Positions 52,979 through 60,854 are shown, counted from the first letter of the whole stretch. The stretch: 62,708 nucleotides of DNA, filler included, from 5 parts of 5 records of this genome joined end to end with filler, not necessarily neighbours in it; one strand, 5' to 3'. Notes: generated from the letters alone by a model not told the origin. A program made the numbers and translations.

Positions 52979-53668
52979 ATGGCTACAAATGAGCCCTCCG
53001 GGGTTTGGAATTACGTTCGAGGCTTTGAAAACCTGAGTTTGTGCGACTGGCCGGGACGGGCCACGTGCATTATTTTTTTGGGAGGATGCAACCTGCACTG
53101 CCCCACATGCCACAACTTCGAACTTGCTTGGGACATGATGTCCCTCCCGGCTATTGATCCGGCCCATATTAAATCCTACCTCAGAGATCGTGCAGGATGG
53201 CTCGATGGCGTGACTGTCACAGGCGGAGAACCGACAACTGTTTCCGGCGTTGGAGAACTGTTATGGGAACTCAAAAAATACAACCTGCCTATTAAAATGG
53301 ACACCAACGGCATGCGCCCCGAGGTTGTGCAGGAGTTGCTGCACAGCAAACTCGTTGACACCTTTGCCGTGGATGTCAAAGGGCCATGGGCCAAATACCC
53401 TTCCCTGACCGGTCACGCCGTGTCCGAGATCGCTGCGCAAGCTAACATGCAGCGTATCTTTGAAATGGCTGAAGCAACGACCGATTCTTTTTATTTCCGT
53501 TGCACACAGGTTCCCGGCCTGACTGAGGCCGACCTTGATGTTGCGCGAGGCTATCTGCCGCAAGGATATGAGTTGACTATTCAGAAATTTGTGCCCCCCA
53601 GGAGGAAGCAAGAGCATGCCAAGCCAAATCATGAAGAGAGACGGCCGGTTGGAGACGTGGTCATCTGA
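52979..53668 (+). CDS. nrdG: Anaerobic ribonucleotide reductase activating enzyme (radical SAM)
   Basis: CNLHCPTCHN, TGGEP, DTNG, DVKG; adjacent to nrdD. Confidence 0.9.
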   Translation: MATNEPSGVWNYVRGFENLSLCDWPGRATCIIFLGGCNLHCPTCHNFELAWDMMSLPAIDPAHIKSYLRDRAGWLDGVTVTGGEPTTVSGVGELLWELKKYNLPIKMDTNGMRPEVVQELLHSKLVDTFAVDVKGPWAKYPSLTGHAVSEIAAQANMQRIFEMAEATTDSFYFRCTQVPGLTEADLDVARGYLPQGYELTIQKFVPPRRKQEHAKPNHEERRPVGDVVI

Positions 53669-55673
53669 TCGCATCGCCCAAGCCATTTTCAAAGCCCTTG
53701 GTGCCAGCGGCATTAAGGACCCGATTCTCTCCAAACGCCTTGCCAAGAAAGTTGAGCAAAAACTCAGCCATATGGATATCCCCGAGCAGGAGCATGTCCA
53801 AAATATGGTTGAACAGGTTCTTATGGAGTCACGTCAATATGAGATAGCCAAAAAGTATATTCTTTACCGCGAACAGCGTCGTCAGCTTCGCAGTGAAAAA
53901 GAAGCTTATCTCAATATCAAGGATGTCATTGACTCATATCTTGATCAGGCAGACTGGCGCGTCAACGAAAACGCCAACATGACCCACTCTTTTCAGGGTC
54001 TCATGCTTCACCTGTCCGGCACGGTTCAGGCGCGGTATGCACTGGAAAAATATCCTGAGGAAATCCGTCTGGCCCATGAGCACGGCTATTTCCATATACA
54101 TGATCTTTCCTTCGGTCTGGCTGGATACTGCGCTGGCTGGTCTCTGCGCGACCTCCTCCTTGAAGGCTTCAACCTTGAAGGCCGTGCTTCTGCCGGTCCG
54201 GCCAAGCATTTTGACACCGCTCTCGGCCAAATGAACAACTTTCTCGGCACATTGCAAAATGAATGGGCTGGCGCACAGGCATTCAACAATGTCGACACGT
54301 ACCTTGCTCCCTACATCAGGGAAGACGGACTGGATTACAAACAGGTTCGCCAATGCATGCAGAAGTTTGTATTCAACTTGAACACCACTTCCCGCTGGGG
54401 AGGACAGTCACCGTTTACCAACCTTTCTTTCGATTTGGTGGCCCCCAAACATATCGCTTCCGAACCAATCATCATTGGCGGGAAATATGACGACGAGTTA
54501 ACCTACGGCGATTTCCAGAAAGAGATGGATATGATCAATCAAGCATACATTGAGGTTATGCTTGAAGGCGATCACCATGACCGTATATTCTCCTTCCCGA
54601 TTCCGACGTACAACGTCACCGAAGATTTCCCATGGGAATCGGAAATCGGCGAATCTCTCATGAAGCTGACAGCCAAATATGGTGTGCCGTACTTTCAGAA
54701 CTTCATCAGCTCGGACCTCAACCCCGAGGATGTCCGCTCCATGTGCTGCCGTCTTCAAATGGACTTACGCGAATTGCGCACCAAGACCGGCGGACTGTTC
54801 GGAGCAGGAGATCTCACCGGTTCCATCGGTGTTGTCACACTGAACTTGCCGAAACTTGCCTATCTGGCGCAGTCAGAAGACGACTTCCTTGACCTAGTCG
54901 AAGAGTATGCCGAATTAGCCAAGGACTCCCTTGAGTACAAACGTAAGGTTATCAACGGCAATCTTGAAGCTGGCATGTTCCCATGGTCCAAGCGATATCT
55001 CAAGAATGGTTACAAAGGCCATTTTTCCACCATCGGCCTGCTTGGTGGGCATGAAGCCTGTCTGAATCTCATCGGCAAGGGCATTGAGACCGAAGGCGGC
55101 GTCCGACTGATGCGTCGCACCCTGAATCATCTTCGTCGTATCACTTCCCGGTTTCAGGAAGAAACGGGCTCTCTGTACAACCTTGAAGCCACGCCAGCCG
55201 AAGGCACCAGCTACAGGTTGGCTAAGATCGACAAATCTTTGTACGCCGACATTCAGGCACAGGGAAATGGCACTCCGTATTACACCAACTCGACGCAATT
55301 GCCTGTAGGCATCTCCGAAGACGTGCTGTACGCACTGGAACACCAGAATCAGCTCCAACCGCTCTATACCGGCGGCACGGTGTTCCACACCTTCCTTGGT
55401 GAAGCGGTTCCCGATCCCAAGGCGCTCAAAAACTTCATTCTGAAAGCGTTTACCAAGACCAAGATTCCTTACGTCTCGGTCACGCCGACCTTCTCCATTT
55501 GCAAAGAGCACGGTTACATTCTGGGCGAGCACTTTGAATGCCCGACCTGCGGTGCAGAAGCAGAAGTGTACACCCGCATAGTCGGCTATTATCGTCCGGT
55601 TTCCCGTTGGAACAAAGGGAAGCAGGCTGAATACACTGACCGCGTGGTATTCAGCGATTGTTTGTGTAATTAA
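53616..55673 (+). CDS. nrdD: Class III anaerobic ribonucleoside-triphosphate reductase with ATP cone
   Basis: KRDG ATP cone, HIHDL, SMCCRL, TPAEG, YYTNS, C-terminal CxxH/CxxC and glycyl-radical RIVGYY. Confidence 0.95.
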   Translation: MPSQIMKRDGRLETWSSDRIAQAIFKALGASGIKDPILSKRLAKKVEQKLSHMDIPEQEHVQNMVEQVLMESRQYEIAKKYILYREQRRQLRSEKEAYLNIKDVIDSYLDQADWRVNENANMTHSFQGLMLHLSGTVQARYALEKYPEEIRLAHEHGYFHIHDLSFGLAGYCAGWSLRDLLLEGFNLEGRASAGPAKHFDTALGQMNNFLGTLQNEWAGAQAFNNVDTYLAPYIREDGLDYKQVRQCMQKFVFNLNTTSRWGGQSPFTNLSFDLVAPKHIASEPIIIGGKYDDELTYGDFQKEMDMINQAYIEVMLEGDHHDRIFSFPIPTYNVTEDFPWESEIGESLMKLTAKYGVPYFQNFISSDLNPEDVRSMCCRLQMDLRELRTKTGGLFGAGDLTGSIGVVTLNLPKLAYLAQSEDDFLDLVEEYAELAKDSLEYKRKVINGNLEAGMFPWSKRYLKNGYKGHFSTIGLLGGHEACLNLIGKGIETEGGVRLMRRTLNHLRRITSRFQEETGSLYNLEATPAEGTSYRLAKIDKSLYADIQAQGNGTPYYTNSTQLPVGISEDVLYALEHQNQLQPLYTGGTVFHTFLGEAVPDPKALKNFILKAFTKTKIPYVSVTPTFSICKEHGYILGEHFECPTCGAEAEVYTRIVGYYRPVSRWNKGKQAEYTDRVVFSDCLCN

Positions 55674-55729
55674 AAGAAAAGTATTTCTTGAGCCTGATTG
55701 AGGAGTTGGGCTTGAGGATAGTGGAATGT

Positions 55730-55761
55730 AAGGCCTCTGTCCCCTCCCGGGCAGGGGCCTT
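55730..55761 (+). terminator. Possible terminator hairpin
   Basis: AAGGCCTCTGTCC...GGGCAGGGGCCTT after nrdD; weak U tract. Confidence 0.45.
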
Positions 55762-55830
55762 GCACATTTGGAAATTCGCTTCGAGCAGCGGGCCTGAAGA
55801 AGTCGGGGTTTAAACCCCGACGGGAAATAA

Positions 55831-55930
55831 NNNNNNNNNNNNNNNNNNNNNNNNNNNNNNNNNNNNNNNNNNNNTTAATTAATTAANNNNNNNNNNNNNN
55901 NNNNNNNNNNNNNNNNNNNNNNNNNNNNNN
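55831..55930. other. Artificial contig linker
   Basis: 100 nt of N surrounding TTAATTAATTAA. Confidence 0.98.
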
Positions 55931-55976
55931 AATGCCGGGATCAAAACCCGGTGGCTTACCACTTGCCGACACCGTA
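55931..55976 (-). tRNA. tRNA-Gln(TTG), 3' end cut by contig boundary
   Basis: TACGGTG-TC-GGC-AAGTGGTAA-GCC-A-CCGGG-TTTTGAT-CCCGG. Confidence 0.85.
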
Positions 55977-55984
55977 AAGTTGTA

Positions 55985-56364
55985 AAATAAGCTAGGGGCC
56001 ACATAGCCGGTGACCCCCAGCGACATCATTTTTCTTCAACCGAAGTAAAGTGTGTTTCAGACACTTGTTCAGCCTAATTCAGTATGATGCTTCCACTTTC
56101 ACTTGATTTAGATCATTGCTTTCTCTTACTGACTATCGTACTCTACCACTGAGCTACAGGGCAGATATGCACACCAACGGTGCGGTTCATGTGTATATCT
56201 GCCCCATCCGGATTTGAACCGGAGACCTGATATCAATAAAAGCAACACCCTTCTCTAAGCTACTTGGTAAGTCTTTGTGAAGCTCTGAGGTAATAAACTA
56301 AAACTCATGAATAAAGCTCATAGTTCAGACTCAAACTAGCCTCATATAATCCCGCCGAAGCGGG
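55985..56364 (-). ncRNA. Candidate structured ncRNA with circularly permuted tRNA-like domain
   Basis: T arm precedes D arm, acceptor closed by a hairpin, long flanking helix, 5' UUCG hairpin and 3' 12-bp terminal hairpin. Confidence 0.75.
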
Positions 56365-56372
56365 TAATGCAC

Positions 56373-57134
56373 TTACTTGGTCAGATCTTCGTGGATATAC
56401 TCAAAGATCTTGTCACCGATTTCGACTTTCACGACATCGGCACTGTTGGCCTCACTGCGGGCCTTCTTGACGGCCTGAATCAGCTTGTCAATCTTCTCCA
56501 GAAGCTGACTCTTCTTCAGAGGGAACAGCTTTCCGGACATGTAGGTTGTCTCGTATTTGCCGATGGGCTTGTCATTGGTGACCTTGGCAACCTGCGCAGG
56601 GTGATGCTCAGTTGCTTCATAGGCGGTCACGAACTCCTCAATCTTCTGAGTCCTGATTGTGGTGGAGGGAGCAGTGATGTACTGGACACCATCTTCTCTC
56701 TCATCCCTCTTCCATTCCTTTGCCGGATCCAGAGTGGGGATCTTCAGGTAAACCTCCCGGAGTCTGGAAAGCTCCTTCTCCAGAGCCAGCAGGGAAGTTG
56801 CGGACAGCTCACCGAAGGAAACAGAACCTACCTTCAGCTCGGCTTTCGCCGCACCTGAGCAGTTGGTTTCTTCTTTGGCGATCACTGCATTCAGAGCGTT
56901 CTGAATGGGCCCCTCGATATACTGGAGCTTCTCGGCTACGGTGGTTACCATGGCCTTTGACTCTCCGTACTCGGTCATCCCTTTTTCCTCTTCGAGGAAA
57001 GGCTTATAGTCTCTGCGCATCCCGTCGAAATGTTCATCTCTCTTGGTAAAGGTGGTGATAGCTTCGCCAATCACCTTTCCAGCCTTCACTCTCAGGTCGG
57101 ATTCTACAGCCAGCAGGCTATGAAGTTTTCCCAT
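56373..57134 (-). CDS. Uncharacterised conserved helical protein (recalled as DUF7873-like; unverified)
   Basis: 253 aa, RBS AAGGAG; motifs LLALEKEL, IPTLDP, YEATEHHPAQV, SG, AVKKARSEAN. Confidence 0.8.
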   Translation of the reverse strand: MGKLHSLLAVESDLRVKAGKVIGEAITTFTKRDEHFDGMRRDYKPFLEEEKGMTEYGESKAMVTTVAEKLQYIEGPIQNALNAVIAKEETNCSGAAKAELKVGSVSFGELSATSLLALEKELSRLREVYLKIPTLDPAKEWKRDEREDGVQYITAPSTTIRTQKIEEFVTAYEATEHHPAQVAKVTNDKPIGKYETTYMSGKLFPLKKSQLLEKIDKLIQAVKKARSEANSADVVKVEIGDKIFEYIHEDLTK

Positions 57135-57161
57135 ATCTTTTCTCCTTCAATCATTCGTAAA

Positions 57162-57243
57162 CGGCGGGTAAAAGAGTCGAACTCTCATCCCAGAGGATGG
57201 CCCGGATTTCAAGTCCGGTTTGTGCCCACGCACGCTACCCGCC
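57162..57243 (-). tRNA. tRNA-Ser(TGA), non-canonical cloverleaf
   Basis: CCGGA-CTTGAAA-TCCGG anticodon arm, long variable arm, G discriminator. Confidence 0.8.
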
Positions 57244-57299
57244 ATACCCCGGAGGGTATATATGTCAAATCTACCCTGTCGGGTATGTCTTGCAAAAAT

Positions 57300-57451
57300 T
57301 GCAGTGGCCGGGACTCGAACCCGCTATAACTGAATGCCCCGTCGGACTTCAGGACTCCGTGATAATGAATCCGTCGATCCACCCCGGTGGTAATTAAATC
57401 TCCTCCGACTACACTTGGGCCGAAGGCGGCTATACCTATTGCCTACACTGC
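57300..57451 (-). ncRNA. tRNA-like RNA with ~75-nt internal expansion
   Basis: GCAGTG/CACTGC acceptor, GGC-AATAGGTATA-GCC D arm, CGGG-TTCGAGT-CCCG T arm; no canonical anticodon loop. Confidence 0.65.
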
Positions 57452-57453
57452 TC

Positions 57454-57538
57454 TGCGGAGTGAGGGACTCGAACCCCCCGAGTCGCAATGACACCAGATT
57501 TACAGTCTGGACCGCTTCCACGTACGGGTTAACTCCGC
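57454..57538 (-). tRNA. tRNA-Tyr(GTA)
   Basis: CCAGA-CTGTAAA-TCTGG, variable arm, GCGGAGT/ACTCCGC-A. Confidence 0.9.
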
Positions 57539-57615
57539 TAATCCTCCTCTCGGAGGTATCCCCGATCAGGTATAAACCCGGCTGAAGTATTAGGTTTTAT
57601 ACCGGATCGGGTATA

Positions 57616-57687
57616 ACGCGGAGGAGGGACTCGAACCCCCGACCTCAGGCTTATGAGGCCCGCAAGCTACCACTGCTCTACTCCGCT
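57616..57687 (-). tRNA. tRNA-Met(CAT), initiator-like
   Basis: CGGGC-CTCATAA-GCCTG; 1:72 mismatch and A11:U24. Confidence 0.88.
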
Positions 57688-57693
57688 ATGTTC

Positions 57694-57766
57694 AGCAGGT
57701 TGAAGGATTTGAACCTTCGACATTCTGGTTAACAGCCAGACGCTCTAGCCACTGAGCTAAACCTGC
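57694..57766 (-). tRNA. tRNA-Asn(GTT)
   Basis: TCTGG-CTGTTAA-CCAGA, complete cloverleaf. Confidence 0.92.
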
Positions 57767-58041
57767 ATGACTCAAGGCACTTCCCCTTGAAAGGATGTCT
57801 ATTTAAGGGCAGTCAGTGCTTGCCCCGGTCGATCCCGGCTAACCGGGCAGGACAAGGAGTAAAACCCGCCCGTCCCGTGATCTCCCTCTCGCCTAGTTTT
57901 GATTCCTCAGCTCCTGCGATGGAGAGCTGTAAGGTCTGGGGCAATGGGAGGCGCCCCCCGACCTAATGCTGTCTTATTTTGTTCCTAAGCTCGTGAAGCT
58001 CCGAGCTCATTCTTCTTATAGGCGGCTTGAGGATTCGAACC

Positions 58042-58371
58042 TCACGCTACCTCATCTGGAGGATCATCCGGAGGGGGTGTGGAAGAGATCTTCCGGGCAT
58101 CCTTCTCCCTTTTTTCCTTCTCTGAAATCTCCTGAATGAACGCTTCAAAGATCTCCTCCCCCGAAGCGCCCGTCAGTTGACTGATCAACTCAAGATTTGA
58201 TTGAACCAGAGGACCAACGAAAGTCTTCTCCTCCGGAAACGCACTCTTGATTTGAACAGTGGAGACAACCAATGACTCCAGAACCATGGAGTACTTCAGG
58301 TGAAGCTTTTTGGCGTCCTGTACATACATTGCCTCAGGCTTCTTGACTCCCAGTTTCTTAGAAATGCTCAT
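58042..58371 (-). CDS. Phage hypothetical protein
   Basis: 109-aa ORF with RBS GGGGAG. Confidence 0.65.
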   Translation of the reverse strand: MSISKKLGVKKPEAMYVQDAKKLHLKYSMVLESLVVSTVQIKSAFPEEKTFVGPLVQSNLELISQLTGASGEEIFEAFIQEISEKEKREKDARKISSTPPPDDPPDEVA

Positions 58372-58551
58372 TGCTCATCTCCCTTATGCCTCTATAAGTA
58401 CGGGTTTCAGAAACTTCTTAGAGAAAAAAGTTGAAAATGTTTTCCAGCCGATTTCCCTGTAGGCCTCTTACCCACCCTATGCCCTATAAGTACTGGGGTG
58501 AGATGTTTTTTAGAGAACTTCTTCAAAAAAGTTTTTCCGGACTATTAGGTT

Positions 58552-60594
58552 GTGGCTATAGAACTAAAACTGGCATCTGATTATGTCTTCGAAGAATACG
58601 CTCAGAAATTCCCTGAGCTGGAGTATGAACCTTTCAAAGAATCGATGGAGATCGGCTTAGAGCTCTGGAAAGATTTTCTGTCTACTACGACAATGACAGT
58701 CCAGACTTTTTTCGGGGTTCATGACGGGGTTTCACAGACATGGCGGATCTTCTTTCGAGTGAAGCCCCCCACCATGGATGAGTTTCTTACAAATGACTGG
58801 ATAGGACCGACTGCGGAGAACCTTTTTCCTCACGTAAGAGAGACACTCATTGCCTTCTCCAACCCTTACGCCGGAAAGCGAAACTTGATTCTTGCCTCTT
58901 CGATTGGTACAGGTAAGTCCTTCACCTCTACCCTCTTCTCCCTGTACGTCACAGTGCTCCTCTGGTGCCAGTTTGACCCAAAGCGGGCATACCAGCTCTC
59001 TGAAGCGACATCGATCGTTCACGCGCTCATTTCGTTCACTCAGGACAAGGCGAAACAGCTCCTCTTAGCGCCGTTTATGAATATCCTGCTGTCCAGCCCG
59101 AAATTCCTCCGGATCAAGCAGGAAGAGCACTTGGCAGACAATCAAGAGAAGTTCCCGGACAAGATCTGCTTTACAACTGCGGGGAAGATCGGGGTTCTTC
59201 AGTTCTACGGGGACATCCACTATATGCTGGCTTCAGACCCTGCCAACCTACTGGGGCTAAACATGGTCGGCGGCGTTATGTCGGAGCTCTCCTTCTTTCT
59301 CGATAAAGGATTCTCTGCGGACTATATAAACCGGATCTACAACGACACCAAAGGGCGTGTCAGATCGAGGTTTGAAAACCGCTTTCCCTCCTACACCATC
59401 ATTGACTCCTCTCCCAACGACATGGAGTCTTCCCCCATCGACAAATACATCTTTTCTGGAGAAGCAGAGAAGGATCGGGAGAACCACGTGTTGACTGGAG
59501 CCCAATGGGACCTCATGCCTCACAAGTATCTCAATCTGGACCAAACCTTCCCCATCTTCCGGGGGAACGCCGGTAATCCTCCGAAGTTCATCACCACTGA
59601 GGCGGAAATGGAGGAGTATCTGCCACAGGAAATCATCTGGGTTCCCGAGGAGATCCGGAAAGAGTTTGACAGCAATATGCGGAAGGCTGTTAAGGACTAC
59701 TGCGGATGGCCGTCAGGAGGATCAGGTCGGCTGGTGCAGGATCACCATGTCATCGAGGACATGTTCATCCCTCGGCTCCGGAACCTCCAGACCTATATCA
59801 CCGCCCCGGACACCGAACCACCGGAGCACCTGATCTGGAACAAAATTGCACGAGAGTTCTTTGTGCATCACAACGGGAAGTATGAGTTCTACCGGGCTCC
59901 CGGCGCAGGCCGCTACCTGCACATCGACCAATCAATCTCAGGGGACATGACGGGGATTGCCTGCGCACATGCTGAGCTCCTCCCCAGCGGCGCCTATGTG
60001 TATGTGGTGGACTTCACTGTGAACATTGCCCCTATGGGCGGCAGAATCAATTTGGAAGCCATCCGGCACTTCATCATGGATCTCCGTTCCCTCGGGAACC
60101 TGCGCATCGAGCTGGTAACCTTCGACCAGTTCCAGTCAGAGAGCACTATACAGTATCTCCAGTCAAAGAAGTTCTTGGTAAAGAAGCTCTCTGTGGACTA
60201 CTCCATGGGCCCCTACCTGTCGTTTGTATCCCTCTTGAATACAAACTCTATTAAGTGTGGAAAGAACATCTTTCTTAAGAACAACATCAAGTCCTTACAG
60301 GAGATCACCCTCGACTCCGGGAAAAAGAAGATCGACCACCTGAAAGGTGCACTTGTGCATGAAGATGGTGCAGATTGGGAGATCTCTCTGATGGGAGTGA
60401 ATGCGAAGGACTGTGCGGATGCCGTGGCCGGGGCAGTTTACTCCTGCCTGAACGAGCAGGTGGGGGCCCCAGCCCAGATGTGGGTCCCCGAGATTGAAGA
60501 GGCCCCGCTGGCCGAAGTAAACGAGATTCTTAAGCGTCGGATTGCTGAAGAGCTCAGAGCAAAATATGACCTGATTGTCAGTACGGAGAAATAA
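58552..60594 (+). CDS. terL: Terminase large subunit
   Basis: Walker A SIGTGKS, Walker B GVMSE, coupling motif DSSP, nuclease HIDQS..GD.TG, TFDQFQS, KDCADAV. Confidence 0.9.
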   Translation: MAIELKLASDYVFEEYAQKFPELEYEPFKESMEIGLELWKDFLSTTTMTVQTFFGVHDGVSQTWRIFFRVKPPTMDEFLTNDWIGPTAENLFPHVRETLIAFSNPYAGKRNLILASSIGTGKSFTSTLFSLYVTVLLWCQFDPKRAYQLSEATSIVHALISFTQDKAKQLLLAPFMNILLSSPKFLRIKQEEHLADNQEKFPDKICFTTAGKIGVLQFYGDIHYMLASDPANLLGLNMVGGVMSELSFFLDKGFSADYINRIYNDTKGRVRSRFENRFPSYTIIDSSPNDMESSPIDKYIFSGEAEKDRENHVLTGAQWDLMPHKYLNLDQTFPIFRGNAGNPPKFITTEAEMEEYLPQEIIWVPEEIRKEFDSNMRKAVKDYCGWPSGGSGRLVQDHHVIEDMFIPRLRNLQTYITAPDTEPPEHLIWNKIAREFFVHHNGKYEFYRAPGAGRYLHIDQSISGDMTGIACAHAELLPSGAYVYVVDFTVNIAPMGGRINLEAIRHFIMDLRSLGNLRIELVTFDQFQSESTIQYLQSKKFLVKKLSVDYSMGPYLSFVSLLNTNSIKCGKNIFLKNNIKSLQEITLDSGKKKIDHLKGALVHEDGADWEISLMGVNAKDCADAVAGAVYSCLNEQVGAPAQMWVPEIEEAPLAEVNEILKRRIAEELRAKYDLIVSTEK

Positions 60595-60827
60595 TGGAAC
60601 CTGTAGTAATTCACTCATTGGAGCATCACATTGAACTGGAAGATGAAAATAGGACTGTACTCCAATATCTCCCAGAAACAGAGGAGTGGTGGGTCTTTGC
60701 CAAAGCCCTCGATGAAGAGCCTCTGAAGCTGGAGGGAGAGGACCCGGATTTAGACCTTCACTACCATGGGGCCCACATCACTCAGGACCTATTGTGTGAT
60801 TGTCGTACCCTAATTTCGGACTATTAA
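60594..60827 (+). CDS. Phage hypothetical protein
   Basis: 77-aa acidic ORF coupled to the terL stop (TAATG). Confidence 0.6.
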   Translation: MEPVVIHSLEHHIELEDENRTVLQYLPETEEWWVFAKALDEEPLKLEGEDPDLDLHYHGAHITQDLLCDCRTLISDY

Positions 60828-60854
60828 GATACAGACACTGGAGGAATTCCTTAT

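Noticed and set aside
55802-55821. Palindrome GTCGGGGTTTAAACCCCGAC
   Set aside because: Single copy at a contig end; probably a REP-type repeat but it cannot be supported further.
56115-56246. Two-piece permuted tmRNA or an ordinary tRNA gene
   Set aside because: It has a full D stem, no CCA, no G3:U70 alanine determinant and no anticodon loop, so neither model fits.
57162-57243. Selenocysteine or opal-suppressor tRNA / phage recoding
   Set aside because: The anticodon is TGA (reads UCA, Ser), not TCA, and the phage ORFs read intact in the standard code.
57895-57915. Hammerhead ribozyme core (CTGAGGA on the minus strand)
   Set aside because: No stem II followed by GAAA.
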